Source: Candidatus Poribacteria bacterium
Lineage (GTDB): Bacteria; Poribacteria; WGA-4E; GCA-2687025
NCBI GenBank assembly: GCA_028818695.1
Contig: JAPPNK010000011.1
Coordinates: forward strand, 72,572 to 136,571
Direction of reading: 5' to 3'
DNA length: 64,000 nt
The position numbers were made by a program, and so were the translations under genes. Every line of letters begins with the position of its first letter. The first letter of the stretch is position 1. The notes below the pieces were generated by a model that worked only from the letters and a program-made list of their open reading frames with translations, was not told the origin of the DNA and ran no database searches. This document shows, in pieces, positions 39,324 to 47,187 of the stretch.

Positions 39324-40057
39324 CGCTTCATCAACAGGCGCGCCAGCTCCGTCGGCAGCGGCACGACCGTCGTTTCGTTGTTTTCAGACGCCACCTCCGA
39401 AAGGCTCTGCAAAAAACGCAGATGCAGCGCAAACGGCTCCTGCGAGAGTATCTGCGCCGACTGCGATAAACGCTCCGCCGCCGACAGCTCCCCCTCCGCA
39501 TGAATCACCTTCGCCCGCCGTTCCCGTTCCGCCTCGGCGCGCCGGGCGAGAACGCGCTTCATATCCTCCGGCAGAATAACATCCTTCATCTCAACCGACA
39601 AAATCTGAATGCCCCAGCCGCTTGCCTGCTCCGATATGATCGCCTGTATATCGTCTGCAAGACGCTCCTGCTCCGTCAAAACGGCGTCCAAATCCGCCGC
39701 CCCAAGAGCGCTCCGCAGAGCCGTCTGCGAAGCCTGCGATGTGGCGAACGGCGCGTCCTCCACCGCCAACACCGACAGCTCAGGATCGATGACGCGGCGG
39801 TACAGAACCGCGTTGACCGTGATCGAGACGCTGTCGCGCGTGATGACATCCTGCGGCGGTATGTCCTCGGTCTGAATGCGCAAATCAGCCTTCACCGCCC
39901 GATCAATGAACGGGATCAGCAGGACGAGACCCGGCCCCTTCACCTTCACAAACTTTCCGAGGCGGAAGATGACGGCGCGCTCATACTCCTGAAACACCCG
40001 AAATGTGTTGTAAAGCAGCGCCGCCAAGCCCGCGGCCGTCAGCAACCATTGCCACAT
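39320..40057 (-). CDS. SPFH/band-7 (stomatin/prohibitin-like) membrane protein
   Basis: N-terminal TM segment followed by an SPFH domain (RIQTEDIPPQDVITRDSVSITVNAVLYRRV). Confidence 0.8.
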   Translation of the reverse strand: MWQWLLTAAGLAALLYNTFRVFQEYERAVIFRLGKFVKVKGPGLVLLIPFIDRAVKADLRIQTEDIPPQDVITRDSVSITVNAVLYRRVIDPELSVLAVEDAPFATSQASQTALRSALGAADLDAVLTEQERLADDIQAIISEQASGWGIQILSVEMKDVILPEDMKRVLARRAEAERERRAKVIHAEGELSAAERLSQSAQILSQEPFALHLRFLQSLSEVASENNETTVVPLPTELARLLMKR

Positions 40058-40069
40058 CAGAGACGCCCC

Positions 40070-40765
40070 TTATGGTGAGAGAAGCCGCTCCATCGCCTCC
40101 AAGGTCAACCCCTCCAGCGAATCGACGACCGCGTCCGCTTCCTTCAACCGCTCAGGCGGATAGGTATTGGCGACGCCGAGAGCGCGCATGCCGGCAGATT
40201 TGCCCGCGCGAATGCCGACGTCCGTGTCTTCAATGACGGCGCAGTCCCTTGGGTCAATGTCCATGCCGCGCTTCTCGTTGATGAGCGCGCATGCCTGCAG
40301 GTAGGTCTCAGGGTCCGGCTTGCTGTTGAGAACCATATCCGCGCCAACCGCGCCGACAAACAGATGCGCGATCCCATGCGCGTTCAAAATCGCCATGATC
40401 TCGCCGTAAAGCGCCCCCGAACCGATGGCGACCGGCAGACGTTCCGACAGACGCTCAACGCACTCGCGGACGCCGGGGAAAAGAGGCGCGCCTTTCTCCG
40501 CCAGCTCCTCATACCGCTCCGCCTTCTTGCGCATCAGCTCTCCGTATAAGCCGCCTCTCGGCTGTGGACGCCCGGCGCGCTCAAAGGCGGCGCGAATCGT
40601 GTCCCGATCCGACAGCGCGATGTAGATATTGTTGTAATCTTCTTCAGTCACGCGAATGCCGATCTCGTCAAACACATCGACGAACGCCTGAAAATGCAGC
40701 GTCTCCGTGTCGGCGATGACGCCGTCAAAATCGAACAGAACGGCGCGGATCGAACCGACCATCAA
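40070..40765 (-). CDS. HAD-IA family hydrolase (beta-phosphoglucomutase-like)
   Basis: DFDGV(I)ADTE motif I. Overall HAD layout. Confidence 0.8.
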   Translation of the reverse strand: MMVGSIRAVLFDFDGVIADTETLHFQAFVDVFDEIGIRVTEEDYNNIYIALSDRDTIRAAFERAGRPQPRGGLYGELMRKKAERYEELAEKGAPLFPGVRECVERLSERLPVAIGSGALYGEIMAILNAHGIAHLFVGAVGADMVLNSKPDPETYLQACALINEKRGMDIDPRDCAVIEDTDVGIRAGKSAGMRALGVANTYPPERLKEADAVVDSLEGLTLEAMERLLSP

Positions 40766-41278
40766 TTAGGCGCCGCGAACAGCCGCGACGGCCGCGTCGT
40801 AGTCCGGCTCGTCGACCGTCTCCGGCACAATCTGCTTATAAACGACCGTTCCGTCCTTAACGACCCAGACGCTGCGCGCTAGAATGCCCAGCTCATTGAT
40901 CCGAACGCCGTAGGACAAGCCGAACGAGTGGTCGCGGTAGTCGGACAGGCAGGTCAAGTTTTCCGCCTCCGCCTCTTCCGCCCAGCGCCCCTGCGCAGGC
41001 GGCAGGTCCATGCTGACGGTCAGGACAACAGCGGCGTCTCCCAGCTCCCCGGCAATCTCATTAAAACGGCGGCTCTGCGCGTTGCAGACGCCCGTATCCA
41101 ACGACGGAACGACGCTCAAAACGACCGTCTGATCGGCGTAGTCGCTCAGTTCGGCAAATTCGGCGAGTCCGTTGGCGATCTTGAAGTTGGGCGCTTTATC
41201 GCCGACCTTCACTTCGTTGCCGACCAGCGTCAGCGGGCCGCCTTGAAAAGTGACGAGGCCGGTATGTTTTGTGGGCAT
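40766..41278 (-). CDS. tpx: Thiol peroxidase (Tpx, atypical 2-Cys peroxiredoxin)
   Basis: SVVPSLDTGVCNAQ peroxidatic Cys motif. Tpx family length. Confidence 0.85.
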   Translation of the reverse strand: MPTKHTGLVTFQGGPLTLVGNEVKVGDKAPNFKIANGLAEFAELSDYADQTVVLSVVPSLDTGVCNAQSRRFNEIAGELGDAAVVLTVSMDLPPAQGRWAEEAEAENLTCLSDYRDHSFGLSYGVRINELGILARSVWVVKDGTVVYKQIVPETVDEPDYDAAVAAVRGA

Positions 41279-41367
41279 TGCGTGGCTCCTTGTCTAACCT
41301 GTGCGAGACGATTCAGAACGCCTTAACGATACCCGCCTTTCCCCGCCGATTCAACCTTGAGCCGCCC

Positions 41368-41739
41368 TCAAAAGAACAACGCCTGCAGACGCTCCGCAAT
41401 CGCCTCAATATCGTCCAGCGTCCCGTCCGCAATCTCCAAACCAAGCGCGATGATCTCGTCGTCAATCCCGACGGAGCGCTCCAAACCGTTCACCTCTAGA
41501 AAACGGAGGGCGCATGAGAGGCCCGCCCGCTTGTTCCCGTCCAAAAACACATGCCCTGTGATGATATGATGCGCGTACACCGCCGCCTTTTGAAACAACG
41601 TCGGATATAGCTCTACGACGCCGAATTTGGCCTCCACCGCTTCAAGCATATAAAGAAGCCGACTCTCGTTCAAAAATTCGCAGCGGCCGACATGTTTTTG
41701 AACGATGTCCAAAATCTCTTCAATCGTTAGGTATCTCAA
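41368..41739 (-). CDS. doc: Doc/Fic family toxin (death-on-curing type)
   Basis: Fic motif variant HVFLDGNKRAG, the Doc type with K in place of G. 123 aa. Confidence 0.75.
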   Translation of the reverse strand: MRYLTIEEILDIVQKHVGRCEFLNESRLLYMLEAVEAKFGVVELYPTLFQKAAVYAHHIITGHVFLDGNKRAGLSCALRFLEVNGLERSVGIDDEIIALGLEIADGTLDDIEAIAERLQALFF

Positions 41740-41742
41740 CGC

Positions 41743-42189
41743 TCATCCCAGAACTTCCCAGGCGCGTTTGTAATCCTCCATGATGCGGTCAATGGCAAGC
41801 GCGTCTTCAGAACCGTACTGAACAGCCAACGCCCTGTCAGCGGCCGCCTTCTTCCACTCTTTGAGCCGAAGCCATGCTCCCGCCCGCCAGTAGTAAGCGC
41901 CCGCATGCTCAGGCTCCAGCTCAATCGCGCGGCTGTAATCCTGGACGGCGCGCTCCAGATCGTTCAGCGCCGCATAACACATCCCGCGCCGAACATAAGC
42001 GTCCGCATACTCAGGCGCGTGGCGCAGCGCCTCCGTGAAAGCGTCAATTGCCTCCGCATGCTCGCGATTCTGCGCATGAAGCAGAGCGCGCTTGTAAAGG
42101 GCGTCGAACGGGCTGGCGAATTCGGACATCGCGGCTCTCCTCTCGATTTCACACATGATACCATGCCACGCCTCGACAAGTTGGGACAT
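41743..42189 (-). CDS. Small TPR repeat protein immediately upstream of doc
   Basis: Three TPR units (AEAIDAFTEALRHAPEYADAYVRRG..., LERAVQDYSRAIELEPEHAGAYYWRAG...). Its stop is 3 nt before the doc start. Confidence 0.6.
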   Translation of the reverse strand: MSQLVEAWHGIMCEIERRAAMSEFASPFDALYKRALLHAQNREHAEAIDAFTEALRHAPEYADAYVRRGMCYAALNDLERAVQDYSRAIELEPEHAGAYYWRAGAWLRLKEWKKAAADRALAVQYGSEDALAIDRIMEDYKRAWEVLG

Positions 42190-42192
42190 TCA
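42170..42192. repeat. Possible solo arm of the MITE-like repeat (AAGTTGGGACATT core)
   Basis: A 13-nt core identical to the terminal arm. No second arm was found nearby. Confidence 0.25.
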
Positions 42193-42260
42193 GCGCCCGC
42201 GTTTCGGATACAATAGAAGCGGTTCCCGATAAGACGAATGCGAATAATGAGGATGATTCC

Positions 42261-42674
42261 ATGTTGATGACGCTAATCTTGCTACATTTGCTGACAGCGG
42301 CGGGCTGGTTCGGCGCGTATTTATCGGCGCGGGCGGTGTGCTGCGGAAGCTTGACGCTTGAACGGGCGCGCGCCGCCCGCTTTTTGACGCTGCGCATTGA
42401 AATGCCGCTTGCTGTGTTGACTCCCTGCTTCGGGCTGATCCTAAGCGGCTTGCGCACAGAAGTGTGGACGCAGGGATGGTTCCATGCCAAACTGACCGCG
42501 TTCCTGCTGCTCTACGTTCTGCTGATTCTGGACGCGCGCCGCTCGCGCCGATGGATCGAAGCGCTGGAAGCGGGGGAGGCGCCCAGCCGCGGCGGTTTTG
42601 CGGTCGCATGGGCTTTGGGGTCGCTCGCGTTCATCGCCGTTTTTGTTTGCGCTAAAGTGAAATTCGGGATTTAA
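42261..42674 (+). CDS. Small integral membrane protein (4 predicted TM helices)
   Basis: Four hydrophobic segments. No recognisable motif. Confidence 0.5.
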   Translation: MLMTLILLHLLTAAGWFGAYLSARAVCCGSLTLERARAARFLTLRIEMPLAVLTPCFGLILSGLRTEVWTQGWFHAKLTAFLLLYVLLILDARRSRRWIEALEAGEAPSRGGFAVAWALGSLAFIAVFVCAKVKFGI

Positions 42675-42741
42675 CGAAAATAGACCGATCCTTTTCCGCT
42701 CTGCGGCGTTTCATAAGATACAGGCAGGACGAGAGCCGTAT

Positions 42742-43308
42742 ATGGGATGGGATCGGTTTCGCGCAAGCGACGAAGAACTGATGGAACGGACGCGCGACCA
42801 TGACGACCATCAAGCGTTCGCGCTGTTGATGAAGCGGTGGGAGGCGCCGGTGGAGCGGCTGTGCTACAGAATGCTCGGCGACGCGCACTTGGCGGAGGAT
42901 ATGCGCCAGGAGACGTTCGCGCGGCTGTTCGCATCCCGCAGCCGATACACGCGCCGCGCCAAGTTTTCAACCTACATCTGGCGCATAGCGATCAACCGCT
43001 GCCTGGACGAACTGCGGCGCAAGCGGCGCGAAACGGAGGCGATGGAGCGCATGGACCCGCCGACCTTCGCCGCCCCTAGCGCCGAGGCGGAGCTGATTCA
43101 GCGGGAAGAGGCGGAAGCGGTGCGCCGGGCGGTGATGTCGCTGGACGAGAAATACCGCGCCGTCGTCGCGCTTCGGCATTACGAGGGGCTGAAGTTTCGA
43201 GAAACGGCGGAGATTTTAGACATACCGGTCGGAACGGCAAAATCGCGCATGGCAGAGGCGTTGAACCAACTGGCGCGGCGGTTGAAGCCGCTGTTGCGCA
43301 GGCGTTAG
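42742..43308 (+). CDS. ECF (sigma-24) RNA polymerase sigma factor
   Basis: Region 2 (YIWRIAINRCLDELRR) and region 4 helix-turn-helix (ALRHYEGLKFRETAEILDIPVGTAKSRMAEAL). Confidence 0.9.
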   Translation: MGWDRFRASDEELMERTRDHDDHQAFALLMKRWEAPVERLCYRMLGDAHLAEDMRQETFARLFASRSRYTRRAKFSTYIWRIAINRCLDELRRKRRETEAMERMDPPTFAAPSAEAELIQREEAEAVRRAVMSLDEKYRAVVALRHYEGLKFRETAEILDIPVGTAKSRMAEALNQLARRLKPLLRRR

Positions 43309-43325
43309 AAGGAAAGGGAGCGTTC

Positions 43326-43997
43326 ATGGATTGTCCAACGCATGAGGAATGGGCGGAGTATCTTTACGGCGAAGCGGTCGGCGAGGAACAGGAAAAGCGG
43401 ACGGTTCACCTGCGAAACTGCGCGGAGTGCCGATCTCTAGTGGACGGCTGGCGCGAGACGATGTATGCGCTGCATCAGTGGGAGTCGGCGTCTCCGCCAA
43501 GACGCCAAGCGCAGCTCGCTTGGAGAACGGCGCTGCGGTGGGCGGCTGCCGCCTGTTTGGCGCTCGCGCTCGGATATGCGGGGGCGGCTCTTGCGGTGAA
43601 ACATGCCGATTCGCGTCCGTTGGATGAAGCGGCTGTAGAAAGCCTGCGTTCCTCCCTTCATGAGGAGCTGCGCGTCTCTTTAAAAAAAGAGCTGACGCAA
43701 GAGATGGCGAATGAGATGGTCGTCACAATGGACGCCGCCCGCCGGCAGCTCTACGCCGACCTATACGCAGCCTCGCGCAGGGATATGGCAGCGTTCTCAA
43801 CCGAAACGCAGAAGGAGCTGCAGCGCTGGCTAGACCAGTTCAACCACGAATATATCGAAGACCAAGCGCAAAAAGAAAGCTTTTTAGCGGAATGGGCGAA
43901 CAGCCGAGACCGACAATACGCCCAAGACATGGAAGCGCTGCAGACCGACGTTCGCCGCTTGGCGAACATGAGGCTGTACGTCTCCCAGCGTGAGTAA
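43326..43997 (+). CDS. Anti-sigma factor (zf-HC2, single TM)
   Basis: N-terminal H..C..C zinc-finger (HLRNCAECRSL). Central TM segment (LRWAAAACLALALGYAGAALAV). Periplasmic coiled-coil C-terminus. Confidence 0.8.
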   Translation: MDCPTHEEWAEYLYGEAVGEEQEKRTVHLRNCAECRSLVDGWRETMYALHQWESASPPRRQAQLAWRTALRWAAAACLALALGYAGAALAVKHADSRPLDEAAVESLRSSLHEELRVSLKKELTQEMANEMVVTMDAARRQLYADLYAASRRDMAAFSTETQKELQRWLDQFNHEYIEDQAQKESFLAEWANSRDRQYAQDMEALQTDVRRLANMRLYVSQRE

Positions 43998-44045
43998 GAT
44001 CTGAAACGGATGGAACGAAATCGGCGAACAAAGAAAGGAACGAGC

Positions 44046-45659
44046 ATGCGAATCATCACAATCCTGACGCTGCTGGCATGCTGGACGGCGGCAGAGGCGT
44101 CTTCGGAGAAGACCGCGCCGGTTGAAACAACAACAAATTGGGCGGTCGGCGGCTCTGAAGGATTGAACCGCTTGCTTCAAAACGCGCCTGCGCCGCTGTT
44201 GAGCGCTGAGAAGCGCTCTCCGGAACAGGTTTACGAAGTTTTAGAGGACATGCGCGTCATGGCCGCCGCGTTTTCGCAGCTGATCGCCAAAACGTTTCCT
44301 GACGACCAGAATCTACAGAATGCGGGCGTACGCTCCTACTATCTTGGGGGAGGGTGCTTGTTCCTGGCGGATTTGCCGTACCATGTCGCCGGGGGCGAAG
44401 CGCAGAGCGCGGATCAACCGACCGACAAGGCGTGGGACGCTGCGCGGCGAAAGTTGGGTTACGCCCCGCGCGCGCCCATCCCGCTCGACAGATCGAAGCG
44501 GCTTCAAGAAGCGATTCGGTCGGCGTTGAAACTGGCAAAAAATATCCGCCATTTCGAAACGGACGATTTCATCGCGGTCGCGGCGGTTGGCGGGGAAATG
44601 TCCGCTCCATCGATATTGACGGGGCGCGCCTCTTTCGGCGACCTATCAGCCGTTGAATTCGCCTCGGAATGGACGGGCGGCAGCTCGGCGCTGGCGGACG
44701 CGGCGACGCTGTCGCGCGTGATGGATACTCTCCTGCGCAGCAAGCTGCGCGATCGATACAGCGACAGCGATATAAGGTTTTACCTGGTCAGCGATCCGTC
44801 CGACAACGGGGTGATCGTTTTTCCTGTTAATAAAAAGATGAGCAGCTTCTACCTGAAAGGGTTCGGCGCGCTTTTCTTTGTGGACGTTCTGTACCCTGTC
44901 GGCAAAAAGGGCGCGGGAAGCGCGCAGCCCGCCGACCTTTGGCAGGAGGCGCTCAGGGAAATGCAGAGCAGGCGCATGCGGCAGGCAGACAAGGGCGCCG
45001 GAAGCGCGCTGTCCGCCGACCTTTGGCAGGAATCGCTCAAGGAGATGCAAAGCAGGCGCATGCGGCAGGCAATCGCGGTTGATTATCGCGGCTTTGGGCG
45101 GTCTCTCATGAAACTCACGGAGAAGGAAGCGCAGGAGCTCTTGAGTCATACGGCAGACGCGGTCCTTGAATCGCTGCGCTACAGCCCGCGCATCCGCGGC
45201 ATGGGTCCGGACGAGGCGCTGGTTGTGTCGATACGCGGCAGCGACGGTTCTTGGCTCGTGTTTCGGACGTTGAAGCGGCATGCGGACGCTTACGGCGCCG
45301 GCGCTCTGGACATCAACGCGTTTCGAGAAAAAGTGTCGATTAAGATCGACATGCGCTCGTTGAGCTGGGAGACGGTTATGCAGTCGCCCGCTCCGCCGGT
45401 AGACGCGCTGACGCTCACCATCAGCGAAGACGGCAGCATGACGCTGGACGGCAAAGCAGTGACGATGGCGCAGCTGAAGCTGCGGTTCAACAGCGCGCCT
45501 GCAGAAAAGAAAAAACAGCTTATCATTCGATCCAGCCCCAAAGTGGGTCATGAGCAGATCGTGGAGGCGATGGATTTGGCGAACCGGGCTGACATCCAGA
45601 AGATCGGCCTCGCAATAGAGGCGAGGAAGCCCAACGTCACGAAAGGAGACGGGAAATGA
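44046..45659 (+). CDS. Secreted protein, uncharacterised family (paralog 1), with ExbD/TolR-like C-terminal domain
   Basis: Start at the ATG at 44046 (MRIITILTLLACW signal peptide) behind AAAGGAA. The C-terminal roughly 80 aa (TLTISEDGSMTLDGKAVTMAQLKLRF...LIIRSSPKVGHEQIVEAMDLANRADIQKIGLAIEA) align with the ExbD/TolR periplasmic domain. Confidence 0.75.
   Translation: MRIITILTLLACWTAAEASSEKTAPVETTTNWAVGGSEGLNRLLQNAPAPLLSAEKRSPEQVYEVLEDMRVMAAAFSQLIAKTFPDDQNLQNAGVRSYYLGGGCLFLADLPYHVAGGEAQSADQPTDKAWDAARRKLGYAPRAPIPLDRSKRLQEAIRSALKLAKNIRHFETDDFIAVAAVGGEMSAPSILTGRASFGDLSAVEFASEWTGGSSALADAATLSRVMDTLLRSKLRDRYSDSDIRFYLVSDPSDNGVIVFPVNKKMSSFYLKGFGALFFVDVLYPVGKKGAGSAQPADLWQEALREMQSRRMRQADKGAGSALSADLWQESLKEMQSRRMRQAIAVDYRGFGRSLMKLTEKEAQELLSHTADAVLESLRYSPRIRGMGPDEALVVSIRGSDGSWLVFRTLKRHADAYGAGALDINAFREKVSIKIDMRSLSWETVMQSPAPPVDALTLTISEDGSMTLDGKAVTMAQLKLRFNSAPAEKKKQLIIRSSPKVGHEQIVEAMDLANRADIQKIGLAIEARKPNVTKGDGK
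44907..45074 (+). repeat. 84-bp x 2 in-frame tandem duplication inside paralog 1 (KGAGSAQPADLWQEALREMQSRRMRQAD repeat)
   Basis: The two units read directly and differ at a handful of positions (about 90% identical). Confidence 0.8.
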
Positions 45660-47086
45660 GTCGAAGGTGGATTGCGGCGCTGCTGGCGCTGACGGCATGC
45701 GCATCGGTCTTGGCGGCGGAGGATATGGAAAGTTTTGACGACATCTACCTCATAGAGACAGACGACGAGGTGGAAGGTTTGTCTGAGGACGATTTCGCGA
45801 TTAGCGGTCCTTTCAATGTGGCAATCACTTTTGACGAAGATTTCGGAGGTTTGTCTGAGGACGACTTGCACATCGAAATCGGGGACGACGGCGTGTATTC
45901 GCTGACGCTTAAGCCCGTTGAACAGGTCGCCAGTTTTCAAATTGTGTCGCCGCTTCTTGTTGGCGTAGAGGACGGGCGGAATCCAACCCAGGCGCTCGAA
46001 ATCTTTGAGGACATGAACGTGTTCGGCGCGATTCTGTCCGATCTTGTTCAAAAGGCGTTCCCGGAAGAGCATTTTTTTGCGGACAAGTTGCGCATCCGTC
46101 CTTTGTATCTAGGGCGCGGCTGCCTCTATATGATGGACTTTCCGTATCCGCTGGCAGACTCGCGCCCGTCAAGGGCGGACGCCGAAATGGACGCGGTCTG
46201 GGATGCGGCGCGGCAAAAACTGGGTCTCGGCGCTGACGAGACCTACGACGCAGAAAAGGCGTCCCAATTCCAAAACGCGGTTCTGTCGGCATTCAAACAT
46301 GCCTCGAACATGCGCCATTTTGCGGACGCCGATTTCATCGCCGTATCCGCCATAAGCGGTAGCGGCATTGCGCCGACCCACTTCTCCGCCCGCGCCGAGT
46401 TTGGGAGTCTCGCCAGCCCCTCAACCTCCTCTGAACGCATGGACGCTTCAACGGCGCAGGGCGGCGCAGTCGTCATGGCGCGCGTGCTGGATAAAATGCT
46501 CCAGGAGAAGCTGGGCGACAAATATAGTCTGGGAAGATCAGGGCGGCTTTTTACGGGCAACCCGTCGGCCGGCTCATCATGGGTCCATCTCGGCAAGGGG
46601 GCGGGCGGCGTCTATCTAGAGGGGTACGGCGCCCTGTTCATTGCCGACGCGCTGTTCCCCCTAGCTCCGCGCAGCGAAGAGGACCTGTGGGAGCAATCGG
46701 CGCGGGAGCTGCGCGCCGGCAGACGCGCCAACCGCTTGAGAACCTCCGACGTCAGCGGATGGAGAGGTTTGGGGGATGGAAAGACATACACCGCTACAAT
46801 AACTCCTTCACTCAGCGATTCGTCAGCCCCCCCCGTTATTACAACAATCGATTCACCGTATGGAAACGAGGGACAGTTAAAGGAGCGGCTGATGGAGGCG
46901 GTTTTGGACGCGCTCCAATACGCCTCGCGCATACAGGGAATGGACGCGGAGGAGCATGTTGCCGTCTTGATACGCGGCATGGAGAACACGCAGATGTCGT
47001 TCCGCGCCTTGAAGCGCGATGTGGACGCCTACGGCAAAGGCGAATTGACGCGCGGGGAGTTTCGAGGAAAGTTGCAGCTGAAATGA
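45656..47086 (+). CDS. Secreted protein, uncharacterised family (paralog 2)
   Basis: Signal peptide. Blocks shared with paralog 1: FEDMNVFGAILSDLVQKAFP, YLGRGCLYMMDFPY, VWDAARQKLG, MRHFADADFIAVSAISG. ATGA overlap with paralog 1. Confidence 0.75.
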   Translation: MSRRWIAALLALTACASVLAAEDMESFDDIYLIETDDEVEGLSEDDFAISGPFNVAITFDEDFGGLSEDDLHIEIGDDGVYSLTLKPVEQVASFQIVSPLLVGVEDGRNPTQALEIFEDMNVFGAILSDLVQKAFPEEHFFADKLRIRPLYLGRGCLYMMDFPYPLADSRPSRADAEMDAVWDAARQKLGLGADETYDAEKASQFQNAVLSAFKHASNMRHFADADFIAVSAISGSGIAPTHFSARAEFGSLASPSTSSERMDASTAQGGAVVMARVLDKMLQEKLGDKYSLGRSGRLFTGNPSAGSSWVHLGKGAGGVYLEGYGALFIADALFPLAPRSEEDLWEQSARELRAGRRANRLRTSDVSGWRGLGDGKTYTATITPSLSDSSAPPVITTIDSPYGNEGQLKERLMEAVLDALQYASRIQGMDAEEHVAVLIRGMENTQMSFRALKRDVDAYGKGELTRGEFRGKLQLK

Positions 47087-47187
47087 AGAGAAACGATCAC
47101 ACGCTCATACAGAAAACAAAGCGGACAAGGTCAGATCGTCGATGCAGAAGCAATCGACAATCGCATTTACGGGAAGGAGATAAGACA

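Noticed and set aside
41736-41924. 62-aa ORF upstream of doc as a possible Phd antitoxin
   Set aside because: It overlaps the TPR gene in another frame, has a Ser/Arg/Trp-rich odd composition and no similarity to Phd/YefM. Treated as a shadow ORF.
44907-45074. Tandem 84-bp repeat considered as a CRISPR-like or minisatellite array
   Set aside because: Only two units, in-frame within a CDS, with no spacer structure. It is an intragenic duplication, not a CRISPR array. No CRISPR repeats were seen anywhere in the window.
46579-47187. 5' 600 nt of the 640-aa ORF 46579-48501
   Set aside because: Arg/Gly-rich translation that overlaps the end of paralog 2 in another frame. A good Shine-Dalgarno plus ATG at 47188 gives a signal peptide, so the upstream part is spurious.
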